From a virus: DNA of 64,000 nt. The position numbers and the translations under genes were made by a program. Position 1 is the stretch's first letter; the number at the start of each line of letters is the position of its first letter. The notes beneath the pieces are model-generated. The model saw only the letters and a list, made by a program, of their open reading frames with translations. It did not search any database and was not told the DNA's origin. Shown one piece after another: positions 1 to 8,099 of the stretch. The DNA lies in the IMG/VR virus record IMGVR_UViG_3300045988_089740; one strand, given 5' to 3'.

Positions 1-14
1 CGGTGTTCGCCCAG
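1..14 (+). repeat. 3' end of a second DGR variable repeat (VR0, truncated by window)
   Basis: cggtgttcgccca equals the TR 3' end (1111-1123) and the VR1 3' end (603-615). Confidence 0.6.
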
Positions 15-61
15 TTTGTATCTTAAAATCCAATCTCTTTGTATCTAAAACGGAGGAATGA
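1..61 (+). CDS. 3' end of an upstream DGR target paralog (partial, runs off window start)
   Basis: Frame 2-61 reads GVRPVCILKSNLFVSKTEE*. Nt 1-24 are identical to 603-626, the end of the VR and following codons of the next gene. Stop 59-61 overlaps the next ATG at 58. Confidence 0.6.
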   Translation, partial: GVRPVCILKSNLFVSKTEE

Positions 62-663
62 AAATGAAGAAAAATCTGAAATATTTTGAAAATGAATTAA
101 ACCGGATCAATAAAGAATTTGCTGAATATAAAAAGCAGCATATGGAAAAACCGGAAATTGGTAAAACGGTAGAAATCGCCGGAATGGAATGGATGATTTT
201 GGACAAGACAGAAAAAGGATATTTTGCCGTTTTGAATGGATTTGATGGAGAAGAAAGAACATTTGATTCAGATTCAAATAACTGGATTTCAAGTAAACTT
301 CGAGAAGAATTAAATACTAAATTCTTGAAAAAGATTGCGGACGAATTAGGAGAGGATGCAGTCGTCGGATTTGATCGTGATTTACTTTCTCTGGATGGTC
401 AGACAGAATACGGACATTGCGAAGATAAGATTTCACTTTTGACTGTGGATGAGTACCGGAAATATCGTAAATTACTGCCGAACATGCCGAAATGGTGGTG
501 GTTGATTACGCCATGGAGTACACCAGTAAATGATTACAATTCAACACTTACCGTTGTTTCGCCTTCCGGCTGCATCAGCGACAGTAACTACGGCAGCAGT
601 AACGGTGTTCGCCCAGTTTGTATCTTTTCTTCTTCAATCTTTGAATCAGAGAATGATAAATGA
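58..663 (+). CDS. DGR target protein (coiled-coil N-terminus, C-terminal WWW...GVRP variable module)
   Basis: 201-aa ORF with VR1 in its last ~40 codons (LTVVSPSGCISDSNYGSSNGVRPVC). The SD at 50-57 may favour the ATG at 64 as the true start. Confidence 0.85.
   Translation: MKMKKNLKYFENELNRINKEFAEYKKQHMEKPEIGKTVEIAGMEWMILDKTEKGYFAVLNGFDGEERTFDSDSNNWISSKLREELNTKFLKKIADELGEDAVVGFDRDLLSLDGQTEYGHCEDKISLLTVDEYRKYRKLLPNMPKWWWLITPWSTPVNDYNSTLTVVSPSGCISDSNYGSSNGVRPVCIFSSSIFESENDK
547..616 (+). repeat. DGR variable repeat VR1
   Basis: Aligns to 1055-1124 at an offset of 508. There are 10 mismatches and every one has A in the TR copy. Confidence 0.9.
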
Positions 664-1034
664 TGGCAAATGAAGATTTAAGAGTTATCACAAAAGCGAA
701 GCAATTAGCCAAGCATACGTTAATTATGACCAGCAATGCACGTAGATATCCAAAGAAATTCAGATTTTCTCTTGTGGATAAAATACAAAATAAAGCCCTG
801 GAAATATATGAAATGCTTTTTGAAGCTAACCGAACAGACATAAAAGATTATAAAAGAGAAAGATTGGAGCTTCAGACAAAAGCAATTACACATTGCGATG
901 AACTTATGTATTTTATAGAGCTTTCTTATGAACTGAATATCATAAATTCAGGGAGTATGGAAGCGTGGTCAAAAATGGTCATGGATGTGAAACATATGGC
1001 GATTGCTTGGAGGTCAAAAGACAGAAGCAGGTAA
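660..1034 (+). CDS. avd: Accessory variability determinant (Avd-like four-helix-bundle protein)
   Basis: 124-aa basic helical protein sitting between target and TR, the canonical DGR position. It resembles the 23S-IVS/Avd family (KAKQLAKHT...FRFSLVDKIQNKALEIYE). Start overlaps the target stop. Confidence 0.75.
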   Translation: MMANEDLRVITKAKQLAKHTLIMTSNARRYPKKFRFSLVDKIQNKALEIYEMLFEANRTDIKDYKRERLELQTKAITHCDELMYFIELSYELNIINSGSMEAWSKMVMDVKHMAIAWRSKDRSR

Positions 1035-1054
1035 CAACTTAGGTTATGCGTTGC

Positions 1055-1124
1055 AATACCGTTGTTTCGCCTTCCGGCTACATCAACAACAATAACTACA
1101 ACAACAGTAACGGTGTTCGCCCAA
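1055..1124 (+). repeat. DGR template repeat (TR)
   Basis: Non-coding copy of the VR, rich in AAC/AAT (reads ...SGYINNNNYNNSNGVRP). Lies in the avd-RT spacer. Confidence 0.9.
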
Positions 1125-1227
1125 CCTGGATCACAGGCAGACAGAGTAAGCACAAAGCTGAAATCAGTAAAGATACAAGTAAATGCATAACCTTTCCGGA
1201 ATGGATAAATATAAAGGAACAAAAACA

Positions 1228-2247
1228 ATGGATAAAGAAATTGTTGCAAATTTTGAGAATTTATATCGTTCTTACAAGAAGGTTAAAAGCGGTAAAAAAT
1301 TTAACTCAGGAACTGCAAGGTTTTCTAATTTATCTCTTGAAGGCATTCACCTTCTAAAAGAACAGTTGGAAAGCCAAACGTATACCATAAATCCATATAA
1401 TAAGTTTCAAATCCACGAGCCAAAAGAACGTACAATAGAATCATGTGCATTCAAGGATAAAGTAGTGCAGAGATGCTTTTCCGATTATGTTCTGACTCCG
1501 AAGCTTGAAAAAATTCTGATTAAATGGAATACCGCTGGACAACAGGGAAAAGGACAACATATGGCAATGGACGGTTTAAAGGAGCAGATGTTGGATTTCT
1601 ATGAAAAGAATGGAATAAATGGATGGATTGTAAAATGTGATATTCATAAATATTTTTACAGCATAGATCATGAAATAATGAAAGACGTACTTGACTACTA
1701 TTTTGATGATGATTTTGCAATCTGGCTGAATCATTTATTTATTGATAGCACAGGAAATCCAGGACTACCATTAGGGAACCAGGTCAACCTGAAATATGCA
1801 TTGCTACTACTTCATTCGCTAGATCAGATGATAACGATTGAGTTTGGAAATCCATATTATGGACGATATAACGATGATTTTTATGTGTTGTGCAAAACAA
1901 AAGACATCGCCAGAGAAATTCTTGAAGCAATTCGAATGATGGTTAAAAGTCTCGGGCTGGAATTGAACCCAAAATCGCAAATTGTACCGTTCCGAATGGG
2001 ACTGTGTTATCTTGGATTCCACCATTACGTGACTGATGAGGGGAAATATATCAGAAAATTACGTGGTGACAGAAAAAGAAATACTCAGAAAAAGGTTCGT
2101 AGATGGGTTCGTGCAGTAAATGAAGAAAAGATGCCAGTGGAAAAATTCAACGAAAAATATGGAGCATGTAGGAACCATATGCTTCATGGAAACTGTATTA
2201 AATTATGCCACAGTATGGATTTGGAAATTGAAAGGAGAATGAAGTGA
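1228..2247 (+). CDS. DGR reverse transcriptase
   Basis: RT motifs present: KERTIESCAFKDKVVQ, LPLGNQVN (DGR-type GNxxxQ-like), YGRYNDDFYVL (YxDD box). The ORF opens at 1183 but the ATG at 1228 gives the typical MDKEI N-terminus. Confidence 0.85.
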   Translation: MDKEIVANFENLYRSYKKVKSGKKFNSGTARFSNLSLEGIHLLKEQLESQTYTINPYNKFQIHEPKERTIESCAFKDKVVQRCFSDYVLTPKLEKILIKWNTAGQQGKGQHMAMDGLKEQMLDFYEKNGINGWIVKCDIHKYFYSIDHEIMKDVLDYYFDDDFAIWLNHLFIDSTGNPGLPLGNQVNLKYALLLLHSLDQMITIEFGNPYYGRYNDDFYVLCKTKDIAREILEAIRMMVKSLGLELNPKSQIVPFRMGLCYLGFHHYVTDEGKYIRKLRGDRKRNTQKKVRRWVRAVNEEKMPVEKFNEKYGACRNHMLHGNCIKLCHSMDLEIERRMK

Positions 2248-2480
2248 GATTAATCAGTCAGGCAGGAGATATCGATATTCCTTACGAAAGCAGTACTGTT
2301 GTTCGTGCGGATGTACTGATTGCTGCTTTCTCTGTAAATGACAATTCTAAAAGAATTGTCATGGGGATGTATTCCACAGAAGAAAAAGCCAAGAAAGTCA
2401 TGGAAATGTTGAGTAACGTATATGCAGGATTTGAACCGGCAAACATTGTGTTCCGTTTTCCAAAGGATGATGAAATATGA
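2244..2480 (+). CDS. hypothetical protein
   Basis: 78-aa ORF with a GTG start overlapping the RT stop; operon packing. Confidence 0.5.
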   Translation: MRLISQAGDIDIPYESSTVVRADVLIAAFSVNDNSKRIVMGMYSTEEKAKKVMEMLSNVYAGFEPANIVFRFPKDDEI

Positions 2481-2680
2481 AGAGAGTAGACAGCAAGAAA
2501 GACTGGGAGCAGATAATAACCATTGAGCTTCCGCTTAAGCAGCTTAAATTACTGCGAGACTGCATGTGCAAAATAAGCTATGCGGAGCTAGAGGATCTAA
2601 ATAAAGGAAAAGACATTCCATATGCCTATTCCGATTTAGAAAAAACCATAGGTGAAGCTGAAGATATCTTGGATATATAA
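2477..2680 (+). CDS. hypothetical protein
   Basis: 67-aa ORF with an ATGA overlap to the previous gene. Confidence 0.5.
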   Translation: MKRVDSKKDWEQIITIELPLKQLKLLRDCMCKISYAELEDLNKGKDIPYAYSDLEKTIGEAEDILDI

Positions 2681-2711
2681 ATGCAGCATATAGAAAGTGA
2701 GGTGATGCCAT

Positions 2712-3461
2712 TTGTTCATGCGAGTAATTTCAACAGGAAGTACGAAAGGAAACTGTTACGCTTTGCAGTCAAGTACAGGCGAGATTGTTCTTCTTGACTG
2801 CGGATGCGATTACAAAAAGATTCTCAGAGGGATTGACTACCAGATAAACAATGTTTCCGGCGTGCTTCTTTCGCATGAACATGGCGATCACACCGAAGCT
2901 GTTCATGAAATCATGAATGCAGGAATCACGGTCTATACCGGCCAAGAAACAATCAAAAACTTAGGCATAACGGACGGAACTATAAAAGCTGTTGCTGAAA
3001 AGAAATACTTCAAAATCGGCTCGTTCAGCGCAGTTCCGTTCAGCTTGCCGCATACATCTGCAAATAAAGAGCCATGTTCGAACTTCGGGTATCTAGTAGA
3101 ACATGAGGAAATGGGAAAGCTTCTTTACCTGACAGACTTTGAGCATTGCCGGTACAAATTCAAATCAATGGAACTTAATCACTTGGTTATTGGTTGTAAT
3201 TACTGCGAGGAACTGATAGACAGAAACAACCCGAAGTGGAAGCATCAGATCACCGGGCATTGTTCTTTGTCAACTTGTAAGCAATTCATTAGGGAAAATC
3301 TCACAGAATCGCTTAAAACGGTAACGCTGGTACATTTGAGCGGTGATGCTTCAGATGCTGGGAAAATGCTTAAAGAAATTAAAGAAGTTGTCGGTGATGG
3401 TGTTCTGGTTCAGATTGGACAAGCCGGTTTGGAAGTTGATTTGAACTTGTTTCCATTTTGA
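2712..3461 (+). CDS. Metallo-beta-lactamase-fold hydrolase
   Basis: HEHGDH motif (HxHxDH). TTG start 6 nt after the GAGGTGA SD. Confidence 0.7.
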   Translation: MFMRVISTGSTKGNCYALQSSTGEIVLLDCGCDYKKILRGIDYQINNVSGVLLSHEHGDHTEAVHEIMNAGITVYTGQETIKNLGITDGTIKAVAEKKYFKIGSFSAVPFSLPHTSANKEPCSNFGYLVEHEEMGKLLYLTDFEHCRYKFKSMELNHLVIGCNYCEELIDRNNPKWKHQITGHCSLSTCKQFIRENLTESLKTVTLVHLSGDASDAGKMLKEIKEVVGDGVLVQIGQAGLEVDLNLFPF

Positions 3462-3475
3462 AAGGAGAAGGGAAT

Positions 3476-3574
3476 ATGGAAATGACAGATTGTAGCAAAT
3501 GCAGATTCCGTAATTGCTGCACATTAGCCTGGGATTACGGTTCGCTGTACTGCAATGACTATGAGGAGGAATGA
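3476..3574 (+). CDS. small Cys-rich protein
   Basis: 32 aa (MEMTDCSKCRFRNCC...), SD AAAGGAGAAGGG upstream. Below the ORF-track length cutoff. Confidence 0.4.
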   Translation: MEMTDCSKCRFRNCCTLAWDYGSLYCNDYEEE

Positions 3575-3578
3575 TGGG

Positions 3579-3929
3579 ATGCAGATTTTAATTAAAGTTC
3601 TGGACAAAACCAAAAAAGCAATTTCTCCAACATCTAGTCTGTACGACAGAGGATGGAATGATGCGCTGGAAAAGGCAAAGGAATATTTTACATCCTACAA
3701 TCCGGTGATTGAATGGATTCCGACAGAATTAATGTTACCACCGGAGCCAGACGAAGATGTTGATATCGAGGAACTTCCGCAGTACACGGTAACAATCAAG
3801 GGTGCTGAATGGCCAACATCTCTGAGATACATTGGAAACGGCGAATGGGCGGATGTTGGAGTCGGAAGAGAGATAAAATATACGGTTTCGGCGTGGATGC
3901 CGATGCCTAAAGCTTATAAGGAGAAATAG
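3579..3929 (+). CDS. DUF551-like phage protein
   Basis: WIPTE...LPPE...SAWMPMPKAYKE pattern, shared with 7477..7815. ATG 3579 lies 8 nt after the GAGGAGGA SD. Confidence 0.5.
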   Translation: MQILIKVLDKTKKAISPTSSLYDRGWNDALEKAKEYFTSYNPVIEWIPTELMLPPEPDEDVDIEELPQYTVTIKGAEWPTSLRYIGNGEWADVGVGREIKYTVSAWMPMPKAYKEK

Positions 3930-3930
3930 C

Positions 3931-4347
3931 ATGAACAAAGTAATTTTGATCGGTAGATTAGTGAAAGACCCGGACATACGTACCGGAACCAATAACATAA
4001 CCATTGCCAGATACGCTCTTGCAGTAGAAAGACAGTATCGCAAAGATAATGAACGAAAAGCAGATTTCATAAATTGTGTTGCCCTTGGTAAAAATGGAGA
4101 TTTTGCTGAAAAATACCTGCATAAGGGAATGAAAATCGCAGTTATCGGCAGCTGGCAGACTGGAAATTATACGGACACTGATGGAAAAAAGATTTACACA
4201 AATGACTGCCTGGTAGAAACACATGAGTTTGTGGAAAGCAAGGGTAGAAGCAACCAGCCTGAAAACATCGGCACAGTTCCACCGTCAGCACCGGCAAGTG
4301 ACACATTTGTTGAACCGGCTTACGATCCGGATTTACCGTTTTCGTAA
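3931..4347 (+). CDS. ssb: Single-stranded DNA-binding protein
   Basis: MNKVILIGRLVKDPD OB-fold N-terminus and an acidic DLPF C-terminal tail. Confidence 0.9.
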   Translation: MNKVILIGRLVKDPDIRTGTNNITIARYALAVERQYRKDNERKADFINCVALGKNGDFAEKYLHKGMKIAVIGSWQTGNYTDTDGKKIYTNDCLVETHEFVESKGRSNQPENIGTVPPSAPASDTFVEPAYDPDLPFS

Positions 4348-4363
4348 TTGAAAGGAATTTCAG

Positions 4364-4945
4364 TTGGATTACAAGAAATTCAGACAGGCGAAAGCCATTG
4401 AAGCTAGCAATAAGAAGAAACTTCTGAAAGTAAATCCGAAACTGGATGAAGGAACCGGAATATATATACTCTGGCGTACCGAAACTCATGGATATATCGG
4501 TCAGTCAGTAAAACTTCTTACCAGACTGGCACAACACATGTCAGGATACGAACAGCATATTGATCGCTCCATGAAAGCACATGGGCTGTATTCGGAAGAA
4601 AATAAGAACGGATACAAGATTGACTTCTTTCACTGTCCGGTATCACAGCTTGATGAAAAAGAACGAGAATACATCCAGAAAGCCATTGATGCCGGATGGA
4701 TTGTGAAAAACAAGACTGGCGGTGGACAGGATGAAGGAAAAGAAAAGATTGCTGATTACCGACCGGCAAAAGGATATCGTGATGGCATCCAACAAGGCAA
4801 GAAAGCTCTGGCTCGTGATTTATCACATATCATCGACACCCATCTTCAGATATCTTTGAAACCTGAAAAGCAGAACAATAAAACTTCAATCAAAGCTTTC
4901 GAGAAATTCAAAGAAATGCTTGATGAAAGGAACTACGAGAAATGA
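4364..4945 (+). CDS. GIY-YIG domain nuclease-like protein
   Basis: GIYILW ... GYIGQS ... EREYI motifs; TTG start. Confidence 0.6.
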   Translation: MDYKKFRQAKAIEASNKKKLLKVNPKLDEGTGIYILWRTETHGYIGQSVKLLTRLAQHMSGYEQHIDRSMKAHGLYSEENKNGYKIDFFHCPVSQLDEKEREYIQKAIDAGWIVKNKTGGGQDEGKEKIADYRPAKGYRDGIQQGKKALARDLSHIIDTHLQISLKPEKQNNKTSIKAFEKFKEMLDERNYEK

Positions 4946-5103
4946 CCACACGTGAAATAAAGAGCAGAAAGCACATGGAATACAAACAGAATCGTAAAGA
5001 TATTTATTATTTCATCGTGAAATACGAAAAACGCAAAGGCAAAATGCCACAGGTTAAAACGATAGCTGAGGAATTGGACTTGACTTACTCACATCGAAGT
5101 TGA
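4942..5103 (+). CDS. small hypothetical protein (possible wHTH)
   Basis: 53 aa with an ATGA overlap to the previous stop. Not in the ORF track because it is under 60 aa. Confidence 0.4.
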   Translation: MTTREIKSRKHMEYKQNRKDIYYFIVKYEKRKGKMPQVKTIAEELDLTYSHRS

Positions 5104-5131
5104 GAAAAATATTAAAAGTGGAGGGAAAATA

Positions 5132-5494
5132 ATGGCAGAGAATTGTAATGAATGTAGTATCGCATGGATACGTGGAAGTGATTATGCTGAGATATCGGCG
5201 TACAACGGAAGTACTTTAAAGAATCGAACACTTAAACTGAAAGAAGAAAACCCGGAAGATGTGAAGGTTATCGCAATTAACAAAGATGGCTCGATTTTCG
5301 CTCATGTTCCGAGAAAATACGTGCCAAATTTACGAGCCCCGAGAAAACTGACAGAAGAGCAGAGGGCAGAACTGGTTGAGCGAGGAAAGAACATGTCGAA
5401 ATGGAAAGTAACTGATGTAGAAGAAACGTCAGATTTCGATTTTGACGATGAAGATGTAGAAATCCTGGATGGTGAAGATAAAATTGGTTTTTAG
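5132..5494 (+). CDS. hypothetical protein (acidic C-terminus)
   Basis: 120-aa ORF with SD GGAGGG upstream. Confidence 0.6.
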   Translation: MAENCNECSIAWIRGSDYAEISAYNGSTLKNRTLKLKEENPEDVKVIAINKDGSIFAHVPRKYVPNLRAPRKLTEEQRAELVERGKNMSKWKVTDVEETSDFDFDDEDVEILDGEDKIGF

Positions 5495-5502
5495 GAGAAG
5501 AA

Positions 5503-5755
5503 ATGAGAGTAGATGTTCAGATGAGGAATAATGCTATAACGATTCAAGAATTGAGAGTGTATCTGGCAGAAAAGGTACGGGATCCGCAAAGGAAACCGTA
5601 TCAAGTACACAGAACGCGGAGATGAAAAAGTGGAACACATTTATGAGGTCGATGCGATTTATCCGCATTGTGTGTTGCTGCGAGATATTTTCGATAACAC
5701 AAGGATTTGCCCGTGTTACGGAAAATTAAGAATGATGTTGAATGAAATTGAATAA
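5503..5755 (+). pseudogene. small gene split by a 1-nt frame change at an A4 run
   Basis: Frame 1 (5503-5619) reads MRVDVQMRNNAITIQELRVYLAEK... and then stops. The +1 frame (open 5555-5755) reads ...YGIRKGNRIKYTERGDEKVEHIYEVDAIYPHCVLLRDIF...*. The junction is at gcagaaaagg, about 5567-5576. Confidence 0.5.
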
Positions 5756-5844
5756 GAATCTGGTTAAGAAAATGGGAGTATAAAATCATGGATGACTGCA
5801 CAATAGCGTGTCAGTTACTTACGTGGGGAAAGTGAGGATGGGAA

Positions 5845-6132
5845 ATGAAATTCAAAAGTAACGCTAAGTATAATGAAGAGCCCAAAACCGGAAGTATTTT
5901 CGCCTTAAACTACAATTCTTTAAAAATCGTTATTCACAAATACGTCGGCTATGGAGATACGCTGTTTCTCAACTGTAGTACATTGGGTATTTACAACTAC
6001 GATCTCAGAACAGAGGATTTTAAGGAAGCTGTCAGCAAAGCAAAAGAAGTCGTCATGCGTGAAGTTAAGAAAATCAGAGAAGATGCTTACAGATTCTATT
6101 CAGACAGCAACATTGAATTTGATAGATATTAG
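5845..6132 (+). CDS. hypothetical protein
   Basis: 95-aa ORF with an SD upstream. Preferred over the overlapping 5951..6199. Confidence 0.55.
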   Translation: MKFKSNAKYNEEPKTGSIFALNYNSLKIVIHKYVGYGDTLFLNCSTLGIYNYDLRTEDFKEAVSKAKEVVMREVKKIREDAYRFYSDSNIEFDRY

Positions 6133-6143
6133 GAGGACGCAAA

Positions 6144-6509
6144 ATGAAATTATATTTCTACATTTTGGACAGCAACAGAGAATTCAATCCAGAAACTAAA
6201 ACATTAGGAGACTACGTTTTCAAGATCAGAGTTGAGGAATGCGAGGTGGTTGAGAAACCAAAAACCTACAAAGCAGTAACTCGATTTCCAGACGGAATCT
6301 ACATTGGGTATGTGAAAAAGGAAGATATCGGAACAATTTCTGGTCATTCAACGCCGTACATTGTGTTGACAGTACCGAATTATCAGTTTGTAAAAGATAA
6401 ATTTTTAGAAAAATATAACGTTGAAATCTGCAGACTCAAAAAAGCAATCGCTATGTACGAGGATAAGATAGCTGCGGTTGAGAATTACAAGGAGGACGCG
6501 AAATGTTAA
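6144..6509 (+). CDS. hypothetical protein
   Basis: 121-aa ORF with SD AGGAGGA upstream. Confidence 0.6.
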   Translation: MKLYFYILDSNREFNPETKTLGDYVFKIRVEECEVVEKPKTYKAVTRFPDGIYIGYVKKEDIGTISGHSTPYIVLTVPNYQFVKDKFLEKYNVEICRLKKAIAMYEDKIAAVENYKEDAKC

Positions 6510-6527
6510 TCAGAAGTCAGAACAAGA

Positions 6528-6536
6528 GGGGGGGGG
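6528..6536 (+). repeat. poly-G(9) tract in the SD/spacer of the next gene
   Basis: gaGGGGGGGGGataaacATG, 6 nt upstream of the ATG at 6543. Confidence 0.9.
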
Positions 6537-6542
6537 ATAAAC

Positions 6543-7178
6543 ATGAGTAAGTTTGTAGACTTAACAGGAAAGCGTTTTGGAAGGTTAACAGTAATAAAGC
6601 GAAAAAAGACGAACGATACCAATAGAACATATTGGATATGCCAATGCGATTGCGGAAACATAAAAACCGTAGATGCGCACAGACTTAAAACGGGATACAC
6701 AAAATCGTGCGGTTGTTTAAGCGTTGATATTGCAAGGCAAAAAGCTACAAGACACGGATTAAGGCATACAAGGATATATAACATCTGGCGCAATATGAAA
6801 TACAGATGCGAGCACAAAGATCACCCACAATATATTGATTATGGCGGTCGTGGGATTTCTGTTTGCGAAGAATGGCATGATTTTATGATGTTTTATAAAT
6901 GGGCAACAGAGAATGGGTATCAAGACAATTTAACGATTGATCGCATTGATAATAATAACGGATATTCGCCTGATAACTGTAGATGGGTGGACGCAAAAAT
7001 ACAAGGAAATAATAAAAGAAATAATTTAATTGTAGAGTTCAAAGGAAAACTAATGACAATTTCTCAAATTTCCGATCTTACTGGAATCAATTACGAAAAA
7101 TTAAGAAAGGCATTTCATTCTGGCCACATATATAAAATACTTAATGACGTGCCAGAGGATAGTGAGGTGAAAGCATGA
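6543..7178 (+). CDS. putative DNA-binding / HNH_3-AP2-like phage protein
   Basis: FGRLTVI..YWICQCDCGN..KSCGC zinc-like N-terminus; YGGRGISVCEEW and LTIDRIDNNNGYSPDNCRWV motifs. Confidence 0.45.
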   Translation: MSKFVDLTGKRFGRLTVIKRKKTNDTNRTYWICQCDCGNIKTVDAHRLKTGYTKSCGCLSVDIARQKATRHGLRHTRIYNIWRNMKYRCEHKDHPQYIDYGGRGISVCEEWHDFMMFYKWATENGYQDNLTIDRIDNNNGYSPDNCRWVDAKIQGNNKRNNLIVEFKGKLMTISQISDLTGINYEKLRKAFHSGHIYKILNDVPEDSEVKA

Positions 7179-7480
7179 AATACAGGAAGAAACCAGTCGT
7201 AATTGATGCTGTCCAGTGGACTGGTACAAATCATCGAGAAATATTTGATTTTCTGACAAATGGCAATTGCCCGGAGGAGTATATGGCATCTGATTTCCCG
7301 ATTGTATCTGATAACTTCTATATCGACAAATGGAAGGTTCCGGGCGGTCTGGTTATTAAGACACTTGAGGGCGAGCATCTGGCGAATATTGGTGATTATA
7401 TTATCAGAGGTGTTTGCGGAGAATTTTATCCGTGTAAACCAGATATATTCAGAAAAACTTATGAGAAGGTGGAAGTATGA
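7175..7480 (+). CDS. hypothetical phage protein
   Basis: 101-aa ORF with ATGA overlap. The GDYIIRGVCGEFYPCKPDIF motif is common in phage proteins. Confidence 0.6.
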   Translation: MKYRKKPVVIDAVQWTGTNHREIFDFLTNGNCPEEYMASDFPIVSDNFYIDKWKVPGGLVIKTLEGEHLANIGDYIIRGVCGEFYPCKPDIFRKTYEKVEV

Positions 7481-7815
7481 GCCATATCAAAGACAGATTG
7501 TCCAGTTATCATGATTGGATGCAAGATATTGTAAAAAGATATGAATTGGTTACTGCTAGAGATTTTCTAGAAATGATAGAACAGCTTCAAGAGGATCTGG
7601 AACAGGATGAGAAAGAAAACGGATGGATTCCAGTCAGTGAGAGATTTCCGGAATCAAGCGGTACGTATCAAGTAACCTGCATGGACGGAAGAATATATCG
7701 TTCAACCTATGCAAAATTTCAAAGCAGATTGAAACGCTGGGAACTAACTGGTGCTAGGGCGTATTGGAAAGTCACGGCATGGCGACCACTTCCAGAACCA
7801 TATAAGGAGGATTAA
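7477..7815 (+). CDS. DUF551-like phage protein
   Basis: GWIPVSERFPE...WRPLPEPYKED; paralogous pattern to 3579..3929. Confidence 0.55.
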   Translation: MSHIKDRLSSYHDWMQDIVKRYELVTARDFLEMIEQLQEDLEQDEKENGWIPVSERFPESSGTYQVTCMDGRIYRSTYAKFQSRLKRWELTGARAYWKVTAWRPLPEPYKED

Positions 7816-7816
7816 A

Positions 7817-7990
7817 TATGATTGAATATATTGATAAAGACGTCGAAAAAATTGGAGATGACCTGAACACGTTGGTTCAAAAATGCGCAGAAGCAGGGGG
7901 CCATGAACTTGAATGCACCATATCTTACGACGGTGATCTAAAACTTGATTGTTATTTTACTTTTGAGGAGCACAAGGAGGATGAGCCATG
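7817..7990 (+). CDS. small hypothetical protein
   Basis: 57 aa (MIEYIDKDVEKIGDDL...), SD AAGGAGGA upstream. Below the track cutoff. Confidence 0.4.
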
Positions 7991-8089
7991 ATTACATTCT
8001 TATTAGTATTCGCCCTTGGAGCTATATTCGGAGTGGCTGGTCTTGTATGTGCAGCGATCATGTACGACAAACACCACCCAGACGATTAG
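7988..8089 (+). CDS. small membrane peptide
   Basis: 33 aa (MITFLLVFALGAIFGVAGLVCAAIMYDKHHPDD), one TM segment, ATGA overlap. Confidence 0.35.
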   Translation: MITFLLVFALGAIFGVAGLVCAAIMYDKHHPDD

Positions 8090-8099
8090 AAAGGAAGCT

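Noticed and set aside
1046-1357. 103-aa ORF spanning the avd-RT spacer (MRCNTVVSPSGYINNNNYNNSNGVRP...)
   Set aside because: Its only protein-like part is the template repeat itself, which mimics the target's coding sequence. It has no SD and overlaps the RT start. I treat it as the non-coding TR.
7260-7514. 84-aa + strand ORF overlapping 7175..7480, and similarly 5951..6199 overlapping 5845..6132
   Set aside because: These are alternative frames of better-supported genes that have SDs, start/stop coupling and protein-like composition.
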